In this document: positions 10,102 to 22,384 of the stretch, one piece after another
Numbering within the stretch: position 1 is the first letter of the stretch
How the letters are laid out: every line of letters starts with the position of its first letter
Source of the DNA: Gemmatimonadota bacterium
GTDB lineage: Bacteria > Gemmatimonadota > Gemmatimonadetes > Longimicrobiales > Gaopeijiaceae
Reading direction: 5' to 3'
DNA: 64,000 nucleotides
NCBI GenBank assembly: GCA_034521595.1
Contig: JAXHMG010000003.1
Span: forward strand, 1,056,001 to 1,120,000
Notes under the pieces: model-generated
Seen by the model: only the letters and a program-made list of their open reading frames with translations
Database searches by the model: none
Told to the model about the DNA's origin: nothing
Program-made: the position numbers and the translations under genes

Positions 10102-10893
10102 GTGCAACTGGTCGTCGATGTAGGGAACACGGAAACGGTGGTCGGTCTCGTATCCGGGACCACCGAGCTCCTGGCCCATTGGCGCGTGAGCTCGAGCGTA
10201 CCGCGGACCGCGGACGAGATGCGTGCGCTCATACGGGCGTTTCTCGCGGGGGACGGAGTCGACGAGACGGGCATCCGCAATGGCGTGGTCGGCTCCGTGG
10301 TCCCTTCGGTCAACCAGATGTGGGTCCAGACGCTCGACCGCATCGTGGATGGGGAGGTGTACGAGATCGGCCCTTCGTCACATCTTCCGATCCGATTGGA
10401 CGTCGATGAGCCGCTGACGGTCGGGGCCGATCGGATCGTGAACACTTTGGCCGCGCGCGAGCTCTACCATCGGGATACCATCGTGGTCGATCTCGGCACC
10501 GCGACCACGTTCGATTGCATCACGGCCGACGGGGTATTCCTCGGGGGTGTCATCGCCCCCGGACTCCCAGCCGGCCTCGATTGGCTCGCGTCCCGCACGG
10601 CCAAGCTTCCACGTGTCGAGCTGCGCCCACCCGAGCGCGTGATCGGACGGCGAACCGAAGCGTGCATCGAGAGCGGCGTGTTCTACCAGGCCGTGGACGG
10701 GATCGACGGCATCGTGCGGCGGGTCAAGGCCGAATGGGACGAGGAAGGCATCCACGTGACCGCCACGGGAGGGCTCGCGGCCTCGATTGGAGCACACCTG
10801 GACACCGTGGACGAAATCGAGCCGTTTCTGACGTTATACGGATTGGCCATGGCCGGGGCGCACCTGCGCGGCGACCTGTCCTCGTCCGGGTGA
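10102..10893 (+). CDS. coaX: Type III pantothenate kinase
   Basis: DVGNT, VGADRIVN, VDLGTATTFD, GGVIAPG, ATGG, LTLYGL. Confidence 0.94.
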   Translation: MQLVVDVGNTETVVGLVSGTTELLAHWRVSSSVPRTADEMRALIRAFLAGDGVDETGIRNGVVGSVVPSVNQMWVQTLDRIVDGEVYEIGPSSHLPIRLDVDEPLTVGADRIVNTLAARELYHRDTIVVDLGTATTFDCITADGVFLGGVIAPGLPAGLDWLASRTAKLPRVELRPPERVIGRRTEACIESGVFYQAVDGIDGIVRRVKAEWDEEGIHVTATGGLAASIGAHLDTVDEIEPFLTLYGLAMAGAHLRGDLSSSG

Positions 10894-10954
10894 AGAGGGC
10901 TACATTCCCGGCGGTCTTATTCAGAGCATCCCTCAGCGACCATCGACGCGACGC

Positions 10955-12028
10955 ATGACGCTCTCTCCCGTATTCCGATCCCGCGAGGCGGTTCGACTCC
11001 TCGACGACCAAGGCGTTTGGACCCGGCTGGCCCCCGATATGGAAGCGCAGGCCGAAGCTGTCCGGATCGTGCATGGCGACCTCGAGGAGGTGCTGGGCGA
11101 GGCGTATCGTGAAGAAGCACCACACGTGCCGTCCGCGGACGAGATCGAGACGCCCGCCGGGCTGCACTTTCTACAAGAATACTTCTTCCTGATCCTCTTC
11201 CGGTCGATCTTCCGGGCTCTCCGGGTCCCCGAAGACCGCCTTCGCCTCTACACCGAGCTCAATTTCTGTATCAAGGGGACGATCACCGCGGCCGACAACA
11301 TCTTCGACGACCAGGAGAAGCGCTTGCTCCCGCTGCGTCGGCATGCCGGCGCCCGGTTCATGTCCATTCTCCAGCTCATGGCCTTCGAACGCCTGCAACG
11401 CCGAGCTTTGGATCGGGGTGAGATGGCGGGTGTGATCGATCGGGACGACGCCGTGGCGGTCCAGCGCGGCCTCCTCGACCGCATGGCGAAGATCGGGACG
11501 CTCGAAGGATCGGAGGAGGGTGGGGTGGACGAGATCCCGGATCCGGAGGTCATGGTGGAGTCGGTCCACCGCGTACGGGGTGGTGCGCTGTTCGCTCTGG
11601 CGTTCGCCGCCCCGGAGGTGCTCGAGGACGGTACGGCGGAGGAAACTCGAACGGCCGAAGATGCGGTCGCTCGGCTCGGGACGGCTTTCCAGATCGTCGA
11701 CGACTTGACGGACTTCGAATTCGATATCGGGCGGCGGAGCCACAATCTTCTCGTGGCCCAGATCCATCACCGGGGATCGGAAGCCGAGCGGCGGGCGTTG
11801 GCCCGTGCGTGGGAATCCGGAGCACTGGAACCCGGGGCCGTGGAGTCCACGTTCAGGGACGCCGCCCGCGCCGTGCTCGAGCGCGCCTATCGTGAGGCTC
11901 GTGCGTCGTTCGAGACCCTCGAGGGTCTGGGACACTGGTTCCCCGCGCGGCTCTCGGACGAAGTAGTGCACGCCATTGTCGGGCTGGACGGAGTAGCCCG
12001 CATGGACGCGTTGACCGGACGACGCTGA
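10955..12028 (+). CDS. Class I isoprenoid synthase-fold protein (polyprenyl synthetase/terpene synthase-like), function unknown
   Basis: Asp-rich motifs TAADNIFDD and LGTAFQIVDDLTD; helical character. Confidence 0.6.
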   Translation: MTLSPVFRSREAVRLLDDQGVWTRLAPDMEAQAEAVRIVHGDLEEVLGEAYREEAPHVPSADEIETPAGLHFLQEYFFLILFRSIFRALRVPEDRLRLYTELNFCIKGTITAADNIFDDQEKRLLPLRRHAGARFMSILQLMAFERLQRRALDRGEMAGVIDRDDAVAVQRGLLDRMAKIGTLEGSEEGGVDEIPDPEVMVESVHRVRGGALFALAFAAPEVLEDGTAEETRTAEDAVARLGTAFQIVDDLTDFEFDIGRRSHNLLVAQIHHRGSEAERRALARAWESGALEPGAVESTFRDAARAVLERAYREARASFETLEGLGHWFPARLSDEVVHAIVGLDGVARMDALTGRR

Positions 12029-12094
12029 GCCCCTTCCTTCCGACCGTGGGACCCGGTTGACACCACGGAGGGATGCACGACATTACCCGAGACG

Positions 12095-12121
12095 TTAGCA
12101 CTCACATCGTGTGAGTGCTAA
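12095..12121 (+). promoter_or_regulatory. CIRCE operator (HrcA binding site) of groESL
   Basis: Perfect TTAGCACTC-N9-GAGTGCTAA; TTGACA at 12057-12062 upstream. Confidence 0.97.
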
Positions 12122-12174
12122 TACCGTAGGGATGATTCCCATGGACACGGCCCTAGCACGCAGGAGGAGGCCTG

Positions 12175-12483
12175 ATGGGTAAAGGCAAGAGCGCACCCGA
12201 GGTCAAGCCGCTGGCAGACCGAATCGTCGTGCTTCCCGCCCAGGAAGGCGAGGAAATGCGCGGCGGCATCTACATTCCCGACACCGCGAAGGAGAAGCCC
12301 TCACGGGGTGAGGTCATCGCGGTCGGTCCCGGTCGGCTGTCGGAGGACGGCACCCGGCTGGAGCCGGACGTCAAGGTGGGCGACCACGTGCTGTACGGAA
12401 AGTACGCGGGCGCCGACGTGACGTTGGACGGCGAGGACTACCTGATTCTTCGCGAAGCAGACGTCCTCGCGATCGTTTCGTAA
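12175..12483 (+). CDS. groES: Co-chaperonin GroES
   Basis: KPLADRIVV, GGIYIPDTAKEKP, AVGPG; AGGAGG RBS. Confidence 0.98.
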   Translation: MGKGKSAPEVKPLADRIVVLPAQEGEEMRGGIYIPDTAKEKPSRGEVIAVGPGRLSEDGTRLEPDVKVGDHVLYGKYAGADVTLDGEDYLILREADVLAIVS

Positions 12484-12500
12484 GCGCAATCGACGAATAG

Positions 12501-14156
<1,656 letters not shown>

Positions 14157-14180
14157 AGCCGCTCCATCCTCCGCAGGGAG

Positions 14181-14219
14181 AAACGGGCTCGGTCGCTTCG
14201 GCGGCCGGGCTCGTTTTTT
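14181..14219 (+). terminator. Rho-independent terminator after groEL
   Basis: GC stem with TTCG loop followed by TTTTT. Confidence 0.85.
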
Positions 14220-14233
14220 ATTGCCTTGGTGGG

Positions 14234-14647
14234 GCGGTGCGGCCGCGGGCTCTCCCTCGGCGCTGCGCCAACGGCGGGGGGTGTCGTAGCGCTGCGTTCG
14301 TCGTGTTCTGCTCGGGGCGTCGGGTGGGGCTGCCCGGGGGAGGCGCGGTGGTCGGGCTGCGGACCCGGTGGGCCCGGGCGTTCGTGGGCGCGGGCTTCGC
14401 TTCTCCGGGAGAGCCCGCGGCCGCACCGCTTGGGCTGGGTGGTGTGCGATTTCTCGGCGCTGCGCCGACGGCGGGGGGCGTCGTAGCGCGGCGTTCGTCG
14501 TGTTCTGCAGGGGGCGTCGGGTGGGGCTGCCCGGGGGAGGCGTGGTGGTCGGGTCGACCGGGTGGGCCCGGGCGTTCGTGGGCGCGGGCTTCGCTTCTCC
14601 GGGAGAGCCCGCGGCCGCACCGCTTGGGCTGGGTGGTGTGCGATTTC
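14234..14647. repeat. Tandem pair of ~195-bp structured repeats (family A)
   Basis: Units 14257-14453 and 14454-14647 are near-identical; the first is bounded by a perfect 23-bp IR (14234-14256 / 14407-14429); an inverted third copy lies at 23059-23249. Confidence 0.92.
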
Positions 14648-14650
14648 GGC

Positions 14651-15559
14651 TCACCAAGCGGGTTCCTCCTCCGGTGACCCTGTCGGCTCGATCTGGATCG
14701 TGCAGTGACGGATGCCGAAGCGTTTCCGCAGCATCCGCTGGAGGTCGGCGAGCAGCGGACCGGGGTGTCGGTCCTTCTCCGGCTCTACATGGACCGAAAG
14801 GGAAACCATGCCCGAAGTGACGCTCCAGACGTGGAGGTCGTGGACTCCCGCGACGCCCTCCACCGCGCAGAGGGCGCTGCGGACATCCTCGACGTCGAGA
14901 TGCTCCGGTGCACCCTCCAGGAGAACGGCCACTGCTTGCCGAAGAAGGTGCCAGGACGAGCCCAAGACCAGGAAGCCGATGAGGATTGATGCCAGGGGAT
15001 CAGCCAGGCGCCACCCGGTCCACCAGATGACGCCTCCAGCTACGATGGCCCCCAGGCTCCCCAGGGTGTCGGCCAGCACGTGAAGCCAGGCGCCCTCCAT
15101 GTTGAGGCTCTCATTCCGCCCCTCCCGGAGGAGCCAGAGCCCGATGCCGTTCACCAACAGGCCGCCCATGGCGACGCCCATCATGAGGGGTCCCAGAACT
15201 TCCGGAGGATCCTGGAGGCGCCCCCACGCCTCCACGAAGATGTAGACCGCCACGGCCACCAGCGTCACGCCGTGGAGGAGCGCCGCCAGGATTTCGGCAC
15301 GGTAGTAGCCGAAGGTGCGCTCGGGGGTGGGTGGCCGTTGGGCCACCCACATGGCGAAGAGGGTGAGGGATAGGGAGCCGGCGTCGGAGAGCATGTGGCC
15401 GGCGTCGGCCAGGAGGGCCAGGGAGTTGGTGAGAACTCCGCCCACCACCTCCGCTGCCATGTAGACGATGACCAGACCCAGCGTCCACTTCAGGCGGCCG
15501 ATGCTGCGCTCCGGTCCGGCCCCCTCATGGGGTCGGTGTCCTGCATGGTCATGCGCCAT
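14651..15559 (-). CDS. czcD: Cation diffusion facilitator (CzcD/ZitB-like Zn/Co/Cd exporter)
   Basis: His-rich N-terminus MAHDHAGH, SLALLADAGHMLSD, TFGYYRAE, HVLADTLGS, VHDLHVW, HCTIQIE. Confidence 0.92.
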   Translation of the reverse strand: MAHDHAGHRPHEGAGPERSIGRLKWTLGLVIVYMAAEVVGGVLTNSLALLADAGHMLSDAGSLSLTLFAMWVAQRPPTPERTFGYYRAEILAALLHGVTLVAVAVYIFVEAWGRLQDPPEVLGPLMMGVAMGGLLVNGIGLWLLREGRNESLNMEGAWLHVLADTLGSLGAIVAGGVIWWTGWRLADPLASILIGFLVLGSSWHLLRQAVAVLLEGAPEHLDVEDVRSALCAVEGVAGVHDLHVWSVTSGMVSLSVHVEPEKDRHPGPLLADLQRMLRKRFGIRHCTIQIEPTGSPEEEPAW

Positions 15560-15854
15560 GGTTCTCCCCGATGCGCACGGACCGCTCCACGGCGGAGACG
15601 AAGATGCCTCCGTCACCGGGATGTCCGGTGCTGGCGGTCCGGTAGAGGAGGCTCACAACCTCCTCTACCCGGTCGTCGGGCACCACCATTTCCAGCTTCA
15701 TCCGCTCTGTGAGACGGGTCACGGCCGCTCCCTTCACGTGTCCCCATCCCCGGACTTCCGAGACGGTGAGCCCCGGGATGTGGGGAAGCCCTTCAAGGGC
15801 ATCCACTACGGTGTCCAGCATGTGAGGTCGAATGAACGCCTTGATCTCCTTCAT
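15549..15854 (-). CDS. P-II family protein in metal-efflux operon
   Basis: MKEIKAFIRP...GLTVSEVRGWG...KLEMVV...TGHPGDGGIFVSAVERSVRI; own ATG at 15854 inside the long track ORF 15549..19010. Confidence 0.88.
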   Translation of the reverse strand: MKEIKAFIRPHMLDTVVDALEGLPHIPGLTVSEVRGWGHVKGAAVTRLTERMKLEMVVPDDRVEEVVSLLYRTASTGHPGDGGIFVSAVERSVRIGENHGA

Positions 15855-15901
15855 GGTCGGTTTCTCCTGGTCGTCACGGGTCGAAGATGAGGGCAGCCGG
15901 C

Positions 15902-18900
15902 TCACAGCTCCACCTCCTCCAGCTCGGGCTCGGCGAACCACGGATAGATGCTGGGGAGCACGACGAGGGTCAGGAGCGTCGACGTCACCAGCCCGCCGAT
16001 GACCACGGTGGCCAGGGGGCGCTGGACGTTGGAGCCGATGTCGTTGGTGAGGAGGAGCGGGAGGAGCCCCAGGGACGTCGTGAGCGCCGTCATGAGGACG
16101 GGCCGGAGCCGGAGCTCGGCGCCCCGCACGACCGCCTCCTCCATGGGCGTGCCGCGCTCCCGGAGCTGGTTGATGTAGGTCACCAGCACCACCCCGTTCA
16201 GCACGGCCACGCCGAAGACGGCGATGAAGCCCACCGCCGCCGGGACCGAGAGGTAGAGGCCCATGGCGAAGAGGGCCAAAATTCCGCCGGTAGCGGCGAA
16301 GGGAACGTTGAGAAAGATGAGGGAGGCGTAGCGCAGGCTCCCGTAGGTGGAGAAGAGCATGAAGAAGATGAGGGCCAGGGTGATGGGCACCACCACATAG
16401 AGGCGTGCCATGGCCCGCTCCTGGTTCTCGAACTGGCCTCCGTACTCCACGAAGAAGCCCGGCGGCAGGTCCACCTCCTCGGCGACGCGGGCCCGGATCT
16501 CGTCCACCACGGAGCCCATGTCGCGCCCCCGGACGTTGAGCTGCACGTAGGTCCGGCGGCTCGCCTGGTTCCGGGAGATCTGCTTCGGCCCCACGAAGGT
16601 CTCCACGTCGGCCACTTGGGATAGGGGAACGAGGGCTCCACCCGCGGTGCGGATGGGGAGCTGGCGCACTTGCTCCACTCGGGCCCGATGCTCTTCGTTC
16701 AGGCGGAGGAAGACGTCGAAGCGTCGGATGCCCTCGAAGACCTGGCCTACCGTGGCGCCTCCGACTCCAGTCTCCACCGTGCTCAGGAAGCGCGCGACCG
16801 GGACACCCAGGCGGGAGAGCTCCCGGCGATCGGGGCGGATGACGACCTGCGGCTTGCCGCCCTGTTGCTCCGCACGCACGTCGACGGCTCCCTCCACCGA
16901 CTCGGCGATGGCCTGGACCTGCTCGGCCGTGGCGGCCATGGCGTCCAGATCCTCCCCGTAGATGCTCACCACGACCTGGGCGCGCACGCCGCTCAGAAGC
17001 TCGTCGGTGCGGAGCTGGATGGGTTGGGAGAAGTTGGCGCTGACGCCGGGAAGGGTCTCCTGCAGCCGCTGGGCCATGGCCGTCTGGAGCTCCTCGTAGT
17101 CCAAATCGCCGTCCCAGTCGTCCAGGGGACGGAGATTCACCACGTTGAAGACGACGTTCACCGGCTCCGGGTCGCCCCCGACCTCGGCCCGGCCGACCCG
17201 GGCGTAGACGCTCTCCACCTCGTCGAAGTCCGAGAGCACGTCCTCGATCCGCGAGGCGTAGTCGACGGTGCTGGAAGGTTCGCTCCGGGTGGAAGGACGG
17301 CGCGAACCGCGAACGTCCCTTCCCGGAGGGTGGGCACGAACTCGGTGCCCAGGAGGGGGAAAGAGGGCCAGGCTGGCCACGAAGAGGACTACAACGGTGC
17401 CCACCACCCGTGCGCGGCCGCCTGACGGCCCACTCCGCCACGGGCTCGGAACCGGGCCTTGAACCAACGCGGGAGGCGCGGCTCTTCGTCCTTCCCGCAC
17501 GAGCGGCTGAAGTAGCTGGTGACCACCGGCGTGTAGGTGAGCGCCAGGAGGATGGCCGCCACCAGAGCGAAGGTGATGGTGAAGGCCATCGGCTCGAACA
17601 TCTTCCCCTCCACCCCTTCCAGGCTGAATAGGGGAGGAAGACGATGATGATGATGCTGGTGGCGAAGAGGACCGGACGTCCCACCTCCCGCGCCGCCTCG
17701 TCGACGATGCGGCGGACTGAGGTGCCGTCCTCCCCTCGTTCCTCCAGGAGTCGGTAGGCGTTTTCCAGAACCACGGTGCTCCCGTCCCCGATCATCCCGA
17801 TGGAGATGGCCAGCGCCCCCAGCGTCATGAGGTTGGCCGAGAGACCGGTGAGCGTCATTCCGATGAAGGCGAGGAGAAAGGCAATGGGGATCGTGGAGAC
17901 GAGAACGAGGGTGGAGCGCACGTCGCCCATGAAGAAGTAGAGCACCAGGAGCACCAGAGCGGCTCCGAAGGCCAGCGATCCCGTCACCGTGCCGATGGCA
18001 TTATCCACCAGGTCCCCCTGGAGGATGAACGGGGCCGCCTCCATCCCGGCGGGCAGAGCCTGGTTGATGGCGTCCAGCCGCTCCTCCACAGCGGTCAGGA
18101 GATCCTGGGTGTTGGTGTAGATGAGCTTGAGGATGAAGCCCCCCACGGCTTCCTCGCCGTCTGCCAGGAGCGTACCCCGGCGGATCTCGGAACCGAAGGC
18201 GACCTCAGCCACGTCCTCGACGTAGACCGGGGCCCCTCGTGCTCGTCCGACCACCACCCGCCGTATGTCGTCGAGACCCTCCTCGCCGGGGCTGAACCAG
18301 CCGTAGCCCCGCACGATATACTCCTCGCCGCCGCGCTCCAGGAAGGAAGCGCCCACGTTCTGGTTGTCGGCGCCCACGGCCTCCCGCACGTCCAGGAGGG
18401 TGAGGTCCCGGGCCAAGACCTCTTCGGCGTTCACCTCGATCTGGTACTGGCGGACGAAGCCGCCGATGGAGAGGACCCCGGTGACGCCCGGGACCGTCCG
18501 GAGCATGGGCTTGACGATCCAGTCCTGGGCAGTGCGCAGCTCGGTGAGGGAATGGTTCGCCCCCTCCCGGTTGCGCACCTCGTACATGAGGACGTTGCCC
18601 AGCCCTGTGGTGATGGGTCCGAGGCCTGGCTCGCCCAGCCCCGGCGGGATCTCCTCACGGGCCCCCTGGAGTCGCTCCATGACCAGGCGCCGGGCGAAGT
18701 AGATGTCGGTCCCGTCCTCGAAGTAGATATTGACCCGGGATAGGCCGAAAATGGAGGTGCTCTGAACCCGTTCGATCCCCGGGAGCCCGTACATAGCGAT
18801 CTCTACCGGGTAGCTGATCTGGGTCTCCACGTCCACGGGAGAGAGTCCCGGGCTCACGGTGAAGACCTGGACTAGGGTGGGCGAGACGTCGGGGAAGGAG

Positions 18901-19010
18901 TCCACAGGGGTCCGGTCCCAGGCCCAGAGCCCGAGGGTGACCAGCCCGGCGAATGCGAGAAGAACCAGGGCGCGCTTCTCCAGCGCCGTCGTGATGATGC
19001 GGTCGATCAT
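15902..19010 (-). pseudogene. CusA/CzcA family heavy-metal RND permease, frameshifted as assembled
   Basis: N-half (PVDSFPDV, STSIFGLS, SANLMTLG) in frame 19010; C-half (GRAEVGGDP, YGGQFENQ, RLRPVLMTA, QRPLATVVIGGL) in frame ending 15902; five single-base indels at about 17280-17625; repaired length about 1035 aa. Confidence 0.9.
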
Positions 19011-19021
19011 GGCCTTTGCCC

Positions 19022-20328
19022 TCAGTGTCCGTGGGAGGCGCTGCGCGTGGCTGCGGTAGCCGCCGACATGAGGTCGAAGGCCCCGGCTACTACGGCCCGG
19101 TCACCGGGCTCCAGTCCCGAAACGATCTCTACCCATCCCTCCTGGGACTCTTCTCCCAGGCGCACCGGCACCGGACGGAACGCTCCGGGCTCGTCTGCGG
19201 GACGAACACCACGCTCCCGTCCTCGAGGGGTCTGGACGGCGTCCACCGGGACCATGGCGTAGCGTATTCTCCGTGGGCAGGTCGAGGCGCGCTGTCCCGA
19301 ACATCCCGGCTCGGAGCGACCCTTCGGGGTTGTCGATAACGGCCCGGGCGCGGAGCGTGCGGGTGGCTGGCTCCAGCTCGTAGGAGACCCAGTCGAGGGT
19401 GCCGCGGAAGGTCCGGTCCGGGATGCCTCGCACTTGGACGTTCACCGTGGAGCCCGTCTCCAGAAGGGGCGCGTCCCGCGAGAAGGCCTCCACCATGGCC
19501 CAGAGCTCCTCCACTCCGGCCACGTGGATCGGGGTTTCGTCGGGGCCCACTGTCTGGCCGGGGGAGAGATCACGGTGCTGTACCCGCCCAGCGACGGGGC
19601 TCCGGAGGGGAAAGTACGAGGGGTACCTGGCTCCCCGCCTCCACGCCCTCGATCTCCTCCAGGGTCAGGCCGTAGAGGCGGAGTGCCTCCCGGGCCGCGT
19701 TCAGTTCGGCGCGGCCCTCCCGGAATCGTGCCTCGGCCTCCAGGAGCTCGGCCTCGCTGGAGATCTCTCGCTCGTAGAGTGTCTGCTCTCGGCGGTAGGT
19801 GGTCTCGGCGGTGTGGAACCGGGCTCGGGCGGTGAGGAACCCCGACTTGGCCCGGCCCAGCTCCACGCTGCTCAGGATGGCCAGCGTGTCCCCGGCCCGC
19901 ACCCGGTCGCCCAAGTCGGCCGTGACGCGCACTACCTTGGCCTCGAGCCGAGGGCCGACGAGCGCCTTGCGGTCCGGGTTCAGGAGAAGGGTCACCGGGC
20001 GCGAGAGGGTGGAGCGAGCGCTTCCCGCCTGAAGGGCCTCGACGCGCACCCCGAAGGACTCGGCCTGCTCGGTGCCCAGGTGGATTTCCCCGAGATGGTC
20101 CTCACCTTCAGCGGCTTCGCCTTCCTGATGGTCCTCCTCTCCGACGGTCTGCCGGGGATCGGCTTCCTGAGGAGATCCAACGGCCCCGGGGCTCTCTTCG
20201 CGCTCGTCGGCCACGCCCTCGGTCGCGCCCTGCACTCCACACGCGGAGAGAAGGGGAAGGAGGAGGAGTGGACCGAGTCGGAGTGGGCTCATCGAGATGC
20301 GTCGTCGGATGGTGGTAGCGTTCTTCAT
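19022..20328 (-). pseudogene. RND periplasmic adaptor (CzcB/CusB-like lipoprotein), frameshifted as assembled
   Basis: LLSAC lipobox; DLGDRVRAGDTLA, TRTLRARAVIDNPEGSLRAGMFG, VEIVSGLEPGDRAV split over several frames; start uncertain (20292/20328/20400). Confidence 0.85.
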
Positions 20329-20396
20329 CGTGTTCTCCCCGGCCCGGAGGCCGCTTCGGGAGTGGACAGTGGTGGCGTGGGTCGTGGTCGACGGGG

Positions 20397-21731
20397 TCAT
20401 GGCGTCTCTCCCGGGTCCGGGGCAGGATCGCCCAGCGCCGCGCGGAGCCGGGCCCACGCTTGACGGCGGGCCAGCCAGGCGTCCCAGTACGCCAGCACGG
20501 CGTCCAGGAGCTGATCGCGGAGAAGGAGGAGTGAGGGCAGGTCGATCTTCCCAGCGCGGTAGGATTCCTCCAGAAGACCCCGGTTCTCGCGGGCAGGGGC
20601 GAGCACCGAAGCCTCCAACTCGCGAGCTTCCTTCGTGGCGGAGGTGTAGGCCTGGAGAGCGTCGCTCACCTCCGTTCGCACCCGGAGCGCGACGTCCGCT
20701 CGCAGATCCTCGCTCTGGGCCAGTGCCGCCTCCCGGGCGTCGGTCGTTCCCTGGTTCCGGTTCCACGAGGGTACCGGAGAGCCCCAATCCGATCCCGATA
20801 TCTAAATCGGCCCCGGGCCCGCCCTGCTGAACGGGGACCAGGAGGTGCAGGTTGGGGATGGCCTCCCGACGAGCGAGCCGCTCCCGGGCCCGTGCCTCGT
20901 CGGTGGCGGCTTCCGCTGCCAGGAGGTCGGGCCGGCGCGACAGGGCCACTCGCGTCAGCGAGTCCGCCTCCAGCCTTCCGGGGTCGGGAAGCGCGGGTAC
21001 CGGCTCCGGATGTGCCGGGCCGCTCGGGTCGGCCAGCTCCAGCGCGACGCGTGCCCTCGAGATCCAGCCCCAAGACCCGCTTCAAGGAGAGAAACGCCGA
21101 TGTCAGCCCCCGTCGAGCCGTCTGCACCCGGCTCCGCGCCCGGCCATGCTCGATCTGGGCCAGATTGGCCTCTAGTGCGCTCGCCCTCTCCCTCGGCGCG
21201 CTGTGTCGTCACGGCGTTACGGAGGCGCTCGTTCAGCTCGGCCATCTCTTCTGCGACCGCCACCTTCCGCTGGGCCGCGGCCGCCTCATGGAAGGCTTCG
21301 CGTACGTCGAGGAGAGTACGGCGCTCCGCGTTCTGCACGGAGGCGCGAGCCTGCCGCAGGTCGTGGTTGGCGGCGTCCTTGCGGAGCCCCCATTGGCCTG
21401 CCCATTCCAGCTCCTGGGTCACCACGGCTTCGTAGCGGTCCAGAGGGCTCTGCCCGCCGGGGACGTCGAGGCGCTCGGCCTCGAACTCGACTTCGGGGTT
21501 GAACCGGTAGACGCCCGCCTGTCGGCGCTCGCCCAGGGCGATGTCTTCTTCCCGGCGGGCTACGCCGAGTAGGAGGTTCCGCTCCAGGGCCAGGCGCTCG
21601 GCATCCTGGAGGGTGAGGGTGACCGTGTCTGTGGTCGGGGCTCCCCCCGTCGGCTCCTGGGCCCATCCCACCATGGGGATGAGACCGGAGACGACGGAGA
21701 GGAGGATCCCGAGCAAATGCGCTCGGTGCAT
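20397..21731 (-). pseudogene. TolC/CzcC family outer-membrane factor, frameshifted as assembled
   Basis: Signal peptide, LTLQDAERLALERN, ALSRRPDLLAA, WNRNQG, YRAGKIDL segments spread over at least four frames. Confidence 0.85.
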
Positions 21732-21912
21732 AGGGACGCTCCTTACCCGGAGCGGAGGGCACGCGCCGCCCACCCGGAACGAGGGGGCGGCTACGGACCA
21801 CGGACGTCCAGTGTGGACGCCCGTCCGCTCAGAAGTGGATGTGGATCGGGGAAGTCAGAGGGTCCGCGGCGGCAGATCGGGGACGATCAAGCCGGTAGGC
21901 GCGGACGGAGCG

Positions 21913-22287
21913 TCAAGCTCGGGGAGGGTGGGTGAACAGCACCGGAACGTAGTTGGACGGTGTGGAGACGGCGGTGTGGACGGACGAGCCCACCTCGATC
22001 ACACCCAAGGCCGCCAGCGCGGCGGGCGGGAGCCCTGGACCGTGAACGTGGGTGCAGTGATCGGTGGAGGTCCCGTGTCGGTGATCGGGACCTTGGTCCT
22101 CCGTACCGTCGGGCTCACCCGTCTCGTGGCCGTGTTCACCCGGCTGATCCTGCCCATGGGTGGTGTGGCTGACTGCCGTCGCTGTGGTCTCGTGGTGGAC
22201 GGCGCCGTCCCGGGCCAAGCCCACGCCCACCTCCAAGACGGAGGTGTGAAACACCACGAGCATGATGACCACGAGCAAACGACGCAC
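21913..22287 (-). CDS. His-rich exported small protein / putative metal-responsive leader (CzcI/DUF2946-like)
   Basis: GTG 22287; hydrophobic N-terminus, HH...HGH...HRH...DHCTHVH, C-terminal FTHPPRA; first gene of the efflux operon. Confidence 0.65.
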   Translation of the reverse strand: MRRLLVVIMLVVFHTSVLEVGVGLARDGAVHHETTATAVSHTTHGQDQPGEHGHETGEPDGTEDQGPDHRHGTSTDHCTHVHGPGLPPAALAALGVIEVGSSVHTAVSTPSNYVPVLFTHPPRA

Positions 22288-22384
22288 GGAGAACTTCAGC
22301 TGTCGGGAAGAAGCCCACAATAACCTGACGGGTGAATCTTCAGGATTCCACTGGACGTAATAAGAGGATGGGGTTGCGGAAGGT

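Noticed and set aside
14234-14647. Repeats as a CRISPR array
   Set aside because: Units are about 195 bp without unique spacers, and there are no cas genes; the same applies to 63319-63721.
15549-19010. Track ORF suggesting a 1153-aa CusA-P-II fusion
   Set aside because: The frame leaves RND homology at about 17625 and reads junk until the P-II ATG at 15854; it is an artefact of the frameshifts.
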